Position numbers and translations under genes: made by a program
The notes under the pieces: generated by a model
What the model was told of the DNA's origin: nothing
Databases searched by the model: none
Seen by the model: only the letters and a program-made list of their open reading frames with translations
In this document: positions 1-12,198 of the stretch, one piece after another
How the letters are laid out: each line of letters opens with the position of its first letter
Position numbering within the stretch: the stretch's first letter is position 1
Assembly (NCBI GenBank): GCA_040437565.1
Contig: JBDOQK010000005.1
Coordinates: 310,001 to 374,000 of the forward strand
Direction of reading: 5' to 3'
Origin: Albugo candida
Taxonomy: Eukaryota
Length of the DNA: 64,000 nt

Positions 1-538
1 AACGCGAGTGGCCAAAATGGGACTCATACAAATTCTAAGTGGGTTATATTCCTGCAAAAGACATGTTTTTCTATTTGCAGATGCATGCATGCAACCGGTT
101 GATTGCGTGTAGTATATAGAGAGAAAGAGCTATGAATGTACTTTTCTAAACGATCAAAAGAATACTGCAACGGATATAAAGCTGTCGTGTCCGTTATGTA
201 TCAAGCTCGCATTACTATAGTATAGCGTTGGATGAAATGTCATGTCATTGTTTACTACTTGCTCTATAAATTTCCTGTTCATTCTGATATATGGTATGTT
301 TGGGTTCACCGCGAACTCACATAGGAGACGATCTCCCAGTCAGAACAGCACACATCGTGGCTTGATAGTAAGCATCAAATCCGCAACCTGTTGATCGAAC
401 TGGAATAAAATAGAAGCTGTAAGCAAAACGGTAATTATAAGCAATTGCATATTTACCAATAGCATACAATCACTTCCTCGAAATAAACCCTCTTTAATTA
501 CATACTGTCTATGCGTATTTTATAATCTTCCAATCGAA

Positions 539-571
539 ATCTAGAAAAGTTGAGAAACATGTCGAAGTTTC
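539..571 (+). promoter_or_regulatory. Heat-shock element-like array upstream of Hsp101
   Basis: GAA at 544, 554 and 564 (10-bp period), followed by TTC at 569 (GAAnnTTC). The array lies 60-90 bp upstream of the Hsp101 ATG and is followed by an Inr/FPR-like tcacagttttcactttcc at 573-590. Confidence 0.6.
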
Positions 572-630
572 CTCACAGTTTTCACTTTCCGCTTCAGTAA
601 TAAAAATTCTATAATCACATCAAACCACTT

Positions 631-3600
631 ATGAATCCACAAGAATTCACCGACAAAACACAAGAGTACCTTCAAGCAGCAAAAAGCCTCGCCGAAGACG
701 CAGGCCACGCGCAACTGACTCCAATCCATCTCGTGCAAGCCTTATTCGATGACAGTGACGGTCTTGCAAAGCGTCTTGCAGATCGTGTCGGCGCCAACAC
801 CCCAGGAATACTCCAGGAAACAAGGAGACAACTAAAGCTGATTCCAATACAATCTCCTGCACCCGATCAAGTCTCTGTTGATTCTGGCATGACCAAAATG
901 CTCAAATACGCCGACAAACGAAGAAAAGAGATGAAGGACACCCATCTAGCTGTTGATCACTTGATCCTCGCTCTTTTCACACACACACAATGCGGTACAA
1001 TCTTCAAATCGAATGGTTTTGATGAGAAAAAAGTCAAAGAAGCCATTAATAAAGTACGCGGAGGTCGTTCAGTCACAAGTGCCAGCGCCGAGGAAATGTA
1101 CGACGCACTCTGTAAGTACGGTCAGAACCTAGTCTCATTGGCGGAAACTGGTAAAATCGATCCAGTCATTGGCCGCGATGAAGAAATTCGGCGTGTGATT
1201 CGCATATTATGTCGTCGCACAAAAAACAATCCAGTTTTGATTGGAGAGCCTGGAGTCGGCAAGACGGCCGTTGTGGAAGGATTAGCGCAGCGTATCGTCA
1301 TTGGTGATGTTCCTGAGTCGCTCAACTGCCAGTTATTCAGCCTGGATATGGGTGCATTGATCGCTGGGGCTAAATATCGCGGGGAATTTGAAGAGAGGCT
1401 CAAAGCTGTGCTGAAGGAAGTGAAAGACAGTGAAGGGAAAATCATCCTTTTTATCGATGAGATGCATTTGATATTGGGAGCTGGACAAACATCTGGCGCT
1501 ATGGATGCTGCAAATTTGCTGAAACCAATGCTGGCGCGTGGGGAACTGCGATGTATTGGTGCCACTACACTCGATGAATATCGTCAGCATGTTGAGAAGG
1601 ATAAAGCGTTTGAAAGACGATTCCAGCAAGTCATGGTGAAAGAGCCATCGGTGACGGATACGGTCAGCATTTTGCGTGGGCTAAAGGAACGATATGAGTC
1701 GCATCATGGTGTGCAGATAACAGACAGCGCTCTGGTCACAGCTGCGAAACTTGCAGATCGATACATTACGGAACGATTCATGCCGGATAAAGCCATTGAT
1801 ATCATTGACGAAGCTTGTGCTAGTGTCCGAGTCCAATTGGACAGTCAACCAGAGGCCATTGATGAGCTTGAACGACGACAGCTGCAGTTGCAAGTGGAAG
1901 CGACTGCACTCACTAAAGAAAAAGATGAAGTGAGTAAACAACGTCTGAAAAAAGTACAGACAGAGCTCAACACAATCAATGATCAACTACATCCGCTGAT
2001 GTTGCAGCATCAGGCGGAGAAGGAACGCGTGAATGAGGTTCGACGACTGAAAGACAAGCTTCAGCAGCTTCAGCTAAAGGTCCAGAAAGCTGAACGGAAC
2101 CAAGATCTCGCAACTGTGGCTGATCTCAAGTACTATGCAATTCCAGATATTCAGAAACGGATTGCTCAAGCCGAAATCAATAAGAGAAATGAAGATGAAA
2201 GCCAGACAAAACTGGTCTCTGAAGTTGTACGAGACGAACAGATATGCCAGATAGTTTCCCGTTGGACAGGAATCCCAGTGTCGAGACTTACTTCCAGCAC
2301 GAGTGATAGACTATTGCATCTTGANNNNNNNNNNNNNNNNNNNNNNNNNNNNNNNNNNNNNNNNNNNNNNNNNNNNNNNNNNNNNNNNNNNNNNNNNNNN
2401 NNNNNNNNNNNNNNNNNNNNNNNNTGGTGATGTTCCTGAGTCGCTCAACTGCCAGTTATTCAGCCTGGATATGGGTGCATTGATCGCTGGGGCTAAATAT
2501 CGCGGGGAATTTGAAGAGAGGCTCAAAGCTGTGCTGAAGGAAGTGAAAGACAGTGAAGGGAAAATCATCCTTTTTATCGATGAGATGCATTTGATATTGG
2601 GAGCTGGACAAACATCTGGCGCTATGGATGCTGCAAATTTGCTGAAACCAATGCTGGCGCGTGGGGAACTGCGATGTATTGGTGCCACTACACTCGATGA
2701 ATATCGTCAGCATGTTGAGAAGGATAAAGCGTTTGAAAGACGATTCCAGCAAGTCATGGTGAAAGAGCCATCGGTGACGGATACGGTCAGCATTTTGCGT
2801 GGGCTAAAGGAACGATATGAGTCGCATCATGGTGTGCAGATAACAGACAGCGCTCTGGTCACAGCTGCGAAACTTGCAGATCGATACATTACGGAACGAT
2901 TCATGCCGGATAAAGCCATTGATATCATTGACGAAGCTTGTGCTAGTGTCCGAGTCCAATTGGACAGTCAACCAGAGGCCATTGATGAGCTTGAACGACG
3001 ACAGCTGCAGTTGCAAGTGGAAGCGACTGCACTCACTAAAGAAAAAGATGAAGTGAGTAAACAACGTCTGAAAAAAGTACAGACAGAGCTCAACACAATC
3101 AATGATCAACTACATCCGCTGATGTTGCAGCATCAGGCGGAGAAGGAACGCGTGAATGAGGTTCGACGACTGAAAGACAAGCTTCAGCAGCTTCAGCTAA
3201 AGGTCCAGAAAGCTGAACGGAACCAAGATCTCGCAACTGTGGCTGATCTCAAGTACTATGCAATTCCAGATATTCAGAAACGGATTGCTCAAGCCGAAAT
3301 CAATAAGAGAAATGAAGATGAAAGCCAGACAAAACTGGTCTCTGAAGTTGTACGAGACGAACAGATATGCCAGATAGTTTCCCGTTGGACAGGAATCCCA
3401 GTGTCGAGACTTACTTCCAGCACGAGTGATAGACTATTGCATCTTGAGGAGCGGATCCATAACCGTGTCGTCGGTCAGGAAGAAGCTGTTAACGCTGTAT
3501 GCGAAGCTGTGGTCCGTTCTCGAGCAGGGTTATCGCGACGAGAACAACCAACCGGGAGCTTTTTATTTCTCGGTCCCACGGGAGTTGGAAAAACAGAATT

Positions 3601-4417
3601 AGCCAAAGCACTAGCGTTTGAATTGTTTGACAACGACAAACATATGGTCCGTATCGATATGTCCGAGTACATGGAAGAGCATTCCGTCGCTAGGTTGATC
3701 GGCGCTCCACCCGGCTACGTTGGTCATGAGGAAGGCGGTCAATTGACGGAAAGTGTTCGCAGGAAGCCATACAACGTCGTGTTACTCGATGAAATCGAAA
3801 AAGCGCATCCCAAAGTGCTCAATATCTTACTTCAGCTTTTGGACGATGGACGTCTCACAGACTCTCATGGACGTACCGTCGACTTTACCAATGTGGTGGT
3901 GATCATGACGTCCAATATTGGAGCTGAGCATTTGATGGCATTGGGATCCATTGATCTGTCACCTCGACACAGTAAAAAGGCTCGTCTAGATTCTGCAGAT
4001 GACGTATCACCCGTGTTCGCACGACAACGAGAGCTTGTACTCCAACAACTTCGAGCAACTATCCGTCCGGAATTACTGAATCGTTTGGATGATATTGTGG
4101 TCTTCTCGCCGCTTGGACGCGCTCAATTACGGCGTATTGTATCCCTTCAATTCGAATCGGTGGCCAAACGACTGAAAGAGAACCATATTTCCATGCGAGT
4201 GGGTGTCGGAGCTCTCGATGTCATATTAAAAGAAGCGTATGATCCTCAATATGGAGCTCGTCCGTTGAAACGATATATTGAGAAGCACGTGGTCACTGGA
4301 TTGAGCAAATTGATACTTGCGGGTAAATTGCCGGCAAAGAGTCATGTAGAAGTGATTGAAAAGGACGGAAAGTTAGATTTTGATGTGTCAGCCGCGATGG
4401 AATTGGATGCTCCATGA
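631..4417 (+). CDS. HSP101: Hsp101/ClpB (Hsp104-type) disaggregase; single gene of about 887 aa once the gap-flank duplication is removed
   Basis: Clp N-domain; NBD1 GEPGVGKT and FIDEMH; coiled-coil M domain; NBD2 [15 protein letters not shown] and GARPLKR. Bases 1302-2324 recur at 2425-3447 across the N gap, and removing 1123 bp gives one uninterrupted ORF. Confidence 0.97.
1302..3447. repeat. Gap-flank direct duplication (assembly overlap), 1302-2324 = 2425-3447
   Basis: Matching 1023-bp copies on either side of a 100-N gap. Confidence 0.95.
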
Positions 4418-4545
4418 TGAGCATGGAGCAGCATTTGCATTCAGTGTGTGTGTTTATTATTTATAGCAATTAATATAATTGTAAAGGTTTGACCTTCGTG
4501 CAACATACATTCCGATGAGATTGGTTGTGTTCTCGAATTTCTCGA

Positions 4546-7209
4546 ATGGCGAAGGATGAGCTGTCTTTCGAATCGAAAGCGGAGGCACCAGCGGCACTGT
4601 ACACTGTCGATCTTGACCGCTTAGCGGGGCTTCTCGATATCTCTTCTAGTGAGCTTGTTGCTGGCTTCCATGCGACTTCAAAGGCTCATGGGATGCAAAG
4701 TATTCTACTCGATTCTGGTCAAACGTCTGCGCTTGAAACCATACAAATCGACCACACGCATCCAAATCAACCGCTTTCTGCTCTGTCTGAAGCGATCGAT
4801 CCTTCCAAATCCAATTCCACAGCGTCTGAAGTCGTCCGAACTGCGGAGCACAATTTGATCCGACAAGTTTTACTGACGACAGTTGCTCGGTCCATGCACT
4901 TTGAATCGAAAGAAAAACCAAAATGTCTGATGGTATTGGGGAAACAAACGATTATCGGTCATATTCTGACTCAATTGCATGCTGCTGGTATCGAGAAAGT
5001 TGTAATTCTGATTGCAGCTGAGGGCGAGCGAATCATCAAAGCTGTCACTAAATTGAAAGTGTTTGCGAAAATGAATGTGACATTCCTCGATCTTGGACCG
5101 GAAGCAAACATATCACACGCTGAGTCCATTTTGGCTGCTCGTGAGCACTTTGGACAATTGCCTTTTATGGTTCATACAGCCGATCGAATATATGATAAAG
5201 CCATTCTGAATCGAGTGCTCGATTTCAAGTTGGATCAATCAGCGGCATGCGCGCTGATTGAGATGGATACGAGTCTTTTGATTGATTTGCCGGCTACAGC
5301 CGTCAGAATCCAAACTGACGGGAAGAGTATTGTTGCCATTTCGAGGTCGCTGGAAGAGTATAACGCTATTGAGGCTGGACTCTTCCTTATGTCGGATGCG
5401 ATCTTCGCCACTTTGGAGAGTTTGGTGACCACTAAAAATTACTTTTCGCTTGCTGATGCGCTCGGTTGTTTTGTTCCATCCAATCAATTGGCATACCTTC
5501 CAACATTGGGACAGACTTGGTTTAGTATCGAGACACGAAGACAATTTGACTTTATCGTCGATAATGATTCCATTTCGCGACTTAAACCATGGAATGTGGT
5601 TCTCTCATCTCCAGCAACACGAGGATACACTCTAGAGGATAAGCGAAAGCCGAACCTCATGTTTGTGATCACTGGTCAAGAAGAATCACAGCTTGGTCTG
5701 GAAGGCGGTCCTCTGAACAAAATCGAGGGTTTTGTTGTTCCGGTTAAAAAATCGATGCGAGGTTCCACGTCCCACCACAGCTCAGAAGACAACACTTTCG
5801 AGATTGTGAATGACCAAACTCCGCTGCTTGGGTCAATTGAAGATGATAACGAGCAATCGACACCCTCAAGCCCCAGAGCAAATAGTGGGAATCACAGTCC
5901 AATTTTTTCCGACTCGGTCGTGGTGACAGTTCCGCTCGATAAAGATACCAAAAACGACACAGAAGTTGTCAATAACACCCATCAAGGGTACTTGATTGAA
6001 TTGAAACGCGAGCCTGAAACTCCTGTCACATGCACAGACTCAAAATATATGCTCGCTCTTCCAACAGCAAATATAGAGACTGGGACAGATATGGATTTAA
6101 TGGATCGATCGATCCTTCCGTCTCATATCACTGGAATCACTTTGGAAACGAGTGGCCAGGACGACAATTTGCAAATGACAATGATTGTCAAGAGAAAAGT
6201 ACCAACGATTGGCTATGTCGTCTTACTATTTGCTCTGATTGCGATTTCATCGGTTGGCGTTGCTTTGGACATGGAAACTGGTGTCACTCCGTATCTCAAA
6301 CTCCTGTGGAGAAACAGTTTTGTCTTTTTGATCACATTGCCATTGACGATCTTTTATGTGCCCAAAGACTCCAAGCCAATTTGGACGCGACATTTGGTAT
6401 TGGAAATGATTATTGCAGGAATATCATACGCCTTTTTCATCGGATCGTACGTCGTATCGTTGTCTCTGACATCTGTGGGTCACGCAACTCTTTTCAACAA
6501 CGCTCATTCCCTCTTGATCGTACTCATTAAACTATTAACAGGACGCACAGTTTTGCTTTTTGAAGGCATTGGGGCTGTTATCGGAGTGTTGGGTGGTGCT
6601 TGTACCACAATGGACACAGTTTCAGGCGGAGAGATCACAGGGAAAACGTCACCGACGGCAATTGGAGACTTTGTCGCGCTTATTGGAGCTCTTGGAGGAG
6701 CTGTTTACCTCATTTACGCAAAGAAAATGCGTTCGAAAATGCACATTCTGGTGTTTCTGAATGCGCTGACGTGTATTTCAACATGTGTACTTTTCTTCAC
6801 GATATTATTGCGCAAGGAACGCTTGGAATTGTCGATGGATTCGCATTATGGCATTTTTGGATGGATCAATCCTCGATTTGATCGAATTGGTGTGGCACTG
6901 TACCTTATTTTTGTATGTGATCTGATCGGTACTACAGGATACGTCACTGCGATGAAGTACTTTGAGCCTATTGTGATTTCGATTGTATGTCTATTGGAGC
7001 CAATTGTCGCAACGCTTATGGGAATCCTGACTGGCGTTGACTCGATTCCCGGTACTCTTACCGTTATTGGTGCGTCGCTGGTACTCTTAGGAACATTTTT
7101 TGTCATTTCCGCGCAAAACAAACATCACGCAAGAGAGAAGATTGATGCCTCGGCCGCTGCAACTCCAAAAATCATGCGCAATCCGCGCGCGCCCGCGCCT
7201 TCGTATTGA
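4546..7209 (+). CDS. Fusion of a nucleotidyltransferase-like domain (IPCT/LicC, COG1213-like) and an EamA/DMT transporter
   Basis: Intronless ORF with ATG at 4546. About 4858-5560 carries KPKCLMVLGKQTIIGHILTQLHAAGIEKVV, SILAAREHF, HTADRIY, NAIEAGLF and GQTWFSIET. A S/T/E-rich linker follows, then about 10 hydrophobic helices in two EamA-like repeats at about 6205-7120. Confidence 0.85.
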   Translation: MAKDELSFESKAEAPAALYTVDLDRLAGLLDISSSELVAGFHATSKAHGMQSILLDSGQTSALETIQIDHTHPNQPLSALSEAIDPSKSNSTASEVVRTAEHNLIRQVLLTTVARSMHFESKEKPKCLMVLGKQTIIGHILTQLHAAGIEKVVILIAAEGERIIKAVTKLKVFAKMNVTFLDLGPEANISHAESILAAREHFGQLPFMVHTADRIYDKAILNRVLDFKLDQSAACALIEMDTSLLIDLPATAVRIQTDGKSIVAISRSLEEYNAIEAGLFLMSDAIFATLESLVTTKNYFSLADALGCFVPSNQLAYLPTLGQTWFSIETRRQFDFIVDNDSISRLKPWNVVLSSPATRGYTLEDKRKPNLMFVITGQEESQLGLEGGPLNKIEGFVVPVKKSMRGSTSHHSSEDNTFEIVNDQTPLLGSIEDDNEQSTPSSPRANSGNHSPIFSDSVVVTVPLDKDTKNDTEVVNNTHQGYLIELKREPETPVTCTDSKYMLALPTANIETGTDMDLMDRSILPSHITGITLETSGQDDNLQMTMIVKRKVPTIGYVVLLFALIAISSVGVALDMETGVTPYLKLLWRNSFVFLITLPLTIFYVPKDSKPIWTRHLVLEMIIAGISYAFFIGSYVVSLSLTSVGHATLFNNAHSLLIVLIKLLTGRTVLLFEGIGAVIGVLGGACTTMDTVSGGEITGKTSPTAIGDFVALIGALGGAVYLIYAKKMRSKMHILVFLNALTCISTCVLFFTILLRKERLELSMDSHYGIFGWINPRFDRIGVALYLIFVCDLIGTTGYVTAMKYFEPIVISIVCLLEPIVATLMGILTGVDSIPGTLTVIGASLVLLGTFFVISAQNKHHAREKIDASAAATPKIMRNPRAPAPSY

Positions 7210-7438
7210 TCGTGTCTATATTGGTGTGTCAACACATAAAAATAGGTGAGCTCAGACTAGCATCATGCTAATTTTCAATTATAATCATACTTTGTGCTGA
7301 CAATTTGCGCTGTCTTTCGACGTCTTTTTGTGCTCCAGCAAAGCGATTTCGGTAAAAGAGATCGCTCTTTGCGCTATCTATTGTCAGTACTCTGCATGCG
7401 GCAAATTTCCCACGCTATCGTTGTACTTTGCTGACACC

Positions 7439-9768
7439 ATGCGATCGCCAAGAAGCGCCTTTGCGTCGCCACGAAGTCGTCAAGTCCATTCCTCATCGTC
7501 GGCTTTGTCACCGTATAAAGGCTCTCCGTCAATGTACTCAGAAGGCAGAATCTCATTGCGCGTTGATCAGCCGATCGAATTGTGCCAAGTCGCAGCTCAT
7601 GTGTTTTATCGACCGATTGACGGGGATTCAGACGAAAATAAAGTCGATTTTGAGTTTTCGTGGTATCGATCCGAAGTGACGTGTGCATGTACGAATGAAA
7701 TGTGTCCCAAAAAAGGCGATGGAAACATTTTACTGCTCACTGCAAACGTCGAATGTTTATTGTGTTATCAGCTTGGAATTTCGAGAGAGTTTTCAGCATT
7801 TTGCGGTGTGGCATGCTTCAAAATGGCATGGAATAGCCACAAACATTTGCATGAGTCACATCAATTGACAGATTTGGTTCGAGGATCTTTGAATCTCGGA
7901 GAACTTGGTTTGCTTGACAAAACGCGTCCATGGAAAGCCATGTTGGAGCATAGTAGTCGATTGTTTAGGGCGACAGAGGATAAATGGATTGATCTTAAGC
8001 ATCATACGTGAGCGTTCGAAAGCGACGACCGAAAGAATCGCTCATATCTTTTTTTGTAGAAAGACGTATGTGCCAACTGCGAACGACATTGGCCACATTT
8101 TGCGCGTGGAATGTCGAGTGATGCGACAAAGTGCTGGTCTCATACAGTCCAAAGTCGTCGATACTGGGATTGTTTTGCCATGTGAGTTGATGATCAGGGG
8201 GGTAAAATGCGATTGTTGATGTTGTTTTTGCATTTCACAGTTCCTTCTCCGCCACCCAAACGCCAAATGCTTGCAAATGTTCACGAAGAAAGGCATACAC
8301 CACGTATTCGTCAGATTGGAGTATTTCGGGTACTTTCGTATAATGTTCTTGCGGAGCTATATGCCACGAGGCAACTGTATCCATACTGTCCGATGTGGGT
8401 ACTAAGCTGGAATTTCCGAAAGGAACTTCTCAAGAATGAATTGCATTCGTATAACGCAGACATTTTGTGCCTCCAGGTATGCTGGTACCAGATCCTCGCT
8501 TTCACACGATGACGAGTTTATTTTAACCGTAGGAGGTGCAAGGCGACCATTACAAAACATTTTTTTATCCGATGATGGCTGAGTGGGGATATGACGGATG
8601 GTATTTGAAAAAAACACGTGAATCCATGGGTTTAGAGGGAAAAGTTGACGGCTGCGCGCTTTTCTACAAGCGGAATCGGTGATGTGCCAATTGTTCACAC
8701 CCATCAATCCATTATGAATGTACTTGCATCATGCAGATTCATTCTCAAAGAGCAGCATCCTTTGGAGTTCAATACGGCCGCATGTAATTTTGCTTCTTCA
8801 GTAATTGACCTGACGTATCCAAGTTCGACTTCATTCAGTCGAGACGTAATTTGTATTCCGAGGCGTCCCATTCATCACTTACTTGTATCTACAGGCATCT
8901 CTATTACGATTAAAAACCCGACTTATGCGGGATAATGTCGGACAAATTGCGATATTGGAAGCTGTTCCTTCCACCAATGAACTTTGTACGTCCAAATAAT
9001 CCGTTTGTCTCACTTTTTGAATTCACATTTTTTTTGTCAAAAAGCGAAAAAAGCTCATTCCGGCCCTTTGCTTTGTGTTGCAAATGTTCACATATTTTCC
9101 AATCCGAAATTTCCCGACGTCAAAATGTGGCAAACTTTCACACTTGTAAAGAAGGTACTCATCTATTTTGTGCTTCTGTTTCATATGATTGCTTTTCGGG
9201 TATCTGTATATGGTAGATTGAGCAAGTTCTCTCGGCCCGCGATCTGCCTGTCGTCCTGTGCGGTGACTTTAACAGCGAGCCAACCAGCGCTGTTTATGAA
9301 TTTTTGAGCAGAAATCACGTCTCTGCGAGTCATGAGGACTTGCAGCCACTAGCAAGCATCTTCGATTCCATAGAAATCACCCATTGTCTCGCCCTGGCCA
9401 GCTCTTATGCGTCGGTCTTCCGCTCGGAACCAGAGTANNNNNNNNNNNNNNNNNNNNNNNNNNNNNNNNNNNNNNNNNNNNNNNNNNNNNNNNNNNNNNN
9501 NNNNNNNNNNNNNNNNNNNNNNNNNNNNNNNNNNNNNGTGGTACACAATCTTGATTTATTAGGACACTGGACGGGTGTGGTTGATTATGTGTGGTACACA
9601 CCATCTAATTTGGCACTCTTTGCAGCGCTTAAAATGCACCCTCCAGAAACGTTGGAAGCGTATGCAAAGACGCCTCTACCTAATTGCCAGCATACATCGG
9701 ACCACGTGCCTTTGTGTCTGGATTTTAGCTTCAAAGCTCCGGTGGTAAATGGACGTTATGTAACCTGA
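7439..9768 (+). CDS. CCR4: CCR4-family EEP deadenylase with an N-terminal zf-C6H2/MYND-like finger (plant CCR4a/b-like); multi-exon
   Basis: FRVLSYNVLAELYAT, ADILCLQEVQ, DGCALFY, VVLCGDFNSEP, GVVDYVWY and SDHVPL across about 9 short GT-AG exons. The finger reads CLLC...FCGVACFKMAWNSHKHLH. A small true gap lies at 9438-9537. Confidence 0.92.
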
Positions 9769-9822
9769 TATGTTAGGCACTGTAGTATGTACACACCTCA
9801 TTTTAGAAATATAAATAGGATC

Positions 9823-12165
9823 ATGCAGACATCACAAGTTTATGTGCTTGATCGTGTTTATGAAGACTTGAAGACTCCTTTTGTTGCCAAAGATATCATA
9901 CGGCAGCTCACACAGTTAGATGCTGTAGTACATGACATATTCAATCGTCTTTCTCATAAAGTCATGCACGAAAAGGATCGAATTCGAGCAATCGATTCGC
10001 GTATCAGTGTTTGTCAAGCCAAAGTCAACGCAATCATCGGTTGCATTCGGAATTTCCTCAAATGATGTATACACACTAATCGCAATCATACTTGATAAGA
10101 TCGAAGAATCTCCAATAAACCAACCACGATATTTTCAACCTCCAAGTATCCTGCTCCGAAAGGTTCTCACAGAATCAATGGTTCTCATAAAAATCCTGAT
10201 AACTGTGTTTCAGTGCTTCCCAATACGAAGACCCTCTTTCATGATAAACCTTACGTGGACAGCTCTCCGCTACTCAATGATGACGAAGATGCACACTATC
10301 TCCCAGCGGTACATGACAAATTTACCCTATATCAGCGTAGCGGCTTCATCGTTTCCGTAGAATTCAATTCCTATAGCAAAACGAGCGCATATAATGAACG
10401 AAGTTGTGGAAATGTCTGAAAAAGTAAATGTGTATCGGGAACCCAAAAGCGCCGAAGTTGACATGTCTAAAGTATACTATACGATCAAACTTCAATAACA
10501 GTTATAATACTAAACCTGGTTCAGGAAGGACTAGGACCTCTGCCTGATTATATCGAATCTGTTGGTAACTTGCTCTTATTCAACTCTGGTGAGAATCCGT
10601 ATCAAAAGGTAATACTTTATGCTCTCGATTGCTAGATGAGATCTAACACTTGTGGTAGTATACGTCGTGGGATAATTTGCTCGGTACGGATTACGAAGAA
10701 GAAGATGACAAGCCCAAAGAATTAGCGAAAGCACCACCAACGCTTGTGCATGGAGACCAATTGGTACGAACGTACAACGTCATAGCGGATGAACTCATCT
10801 CCTCCTCATCTCTTGCATTGGCGCTTTTCAGCCTGGCGTCTCTCATCTTGATTACAACTTCCACCCGCAAATGCGGGAGGTCCCAGAATTTTCACCGTTA
10901 TTGCCCGCCAATTTACCGCTTCCAAATCTTGCCAATTACAATTATGCTCAAACGGATATGGTTTTGTCAATTGCGCCATCAATGTTCCAAAATAAGGCTT
11001 TGTTGGATTTACCTGAAATTGCAACATTCATGGATGGTCCGACTGCTTTTGAACCGATACGAGACCATGGGCTGGACGTAATAAATGCAGATGCTCCTCC
11101 ATTACCACCACCTCCACCTGCATTTATCGAACCAGAAGAAGATGAGGAAAATGGTGCACCACCACCGCCTCCACCCGATTTGACTTGGAATACTCCCGTG
11201 GAAGACACTCCTCCACCACCTCCCGCCAGTTTGGATGAAGCTGATGCTGCCGACGACGAAGCCGTACCGCCTCCACCCCTCGAAGACGATGTAATCCTCA
11301 AGCGCTTTGCATAGTTCTTCTCACAGCTTTAACTCGTTGTGCCACATTTAGAGTTTGGCTCCACCTCCTCCACCAGCTCAAGCTCGACTGGAGGCGCAGA
11401 ATCCCGTCCAATTGCTCCTGGAGCAAATCCGGAATCCTGAATTAAAGCTTCGAAAGGTATGTGGCACTTTCAAAGACTGCACTACTCGACAGGCTGACCT
11501 TCTCGTGGTATAGGCAACTGTGACTGATGATCAGAGCAGAAGCAAACAACCTGTTGAGGTTTGAATTGCATTATCGACACAGAGTGACTGCTCATATCTA
11601 TGTGGTTGATAGGACGATAAAAAGCCTCTGACTATGCAAGATGAAATGAGGAAACGACTACTACGTCGACAAGGTGTGATTAGTGGTAAAGCAGATAAAC
11701 AGGAACAGCGTGAGGAGCGTGAGCGCTACGCAAAACCTGTGACCGTCTTGAAGGCGAAAGAAGTGACACCTCCGGTCGGCAACATTTTGCCAAAACCGAT
11801 GATGGATCAGATTGAAGCTCGAAGTCGACTTCCCAGCGTTGAAATGTCTGATGATGGTCGCAGTATTGCCCGCAGCAGTAGACCCGATGCATCCGTCGCT
11901 GACGGTGATGATAATGACCTTCTCGCACAAATCCAAAACATTCGTCGAAAACAGGAAGAAAAGCCGACGGCTCCGACCAATGCAAGGCCAACAGAAACCA
12001 ACAATGTGAATTCCGTTGGAAGATTCGAAAGTGTTCGTAATTCTATACGAAAAGTTGTATCGAACCAAAGCTGAATGAACTGATGTGTTGTAGCAAATGA
12101 TCGGACTGCACGATGACAACGATTCTCTGAGTATGGATTCCGCTTCCGACTGGTCTGATGAATAA
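9823..12165 (+). CDS. WASH1: WASH complex subunit 1 (Arp2/3 nucleation-promoting factor); multi-exon
   Basis: WAHD-like N-terminus (LTQLDAVVHDIFNRLS; EGLGPLPDYIESVGNLLLFNSGENPY), polyproline tracts, WH2 (LLEQIRNPELKLRK), central region MQDEMRKRLLRRQGVISGK, and acidic C-terminus DSASDWSDE*. Confidence 0.9.
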
Positions 12166-12198
12166 CAACTTCAGAATAGCTGCGTTTGTGTTGTATCC

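Noticed and set aside
2303-4417. Second Hsp101 paralogue in tandem
   Set aside because: The overlap matches across a 100-N gap, and the two parts merge into one full-length gene.
10948-11301. Gly-rich minus-strand ORF
   Set aside because: Antisense shadow of the WASH1 polyproline exon.
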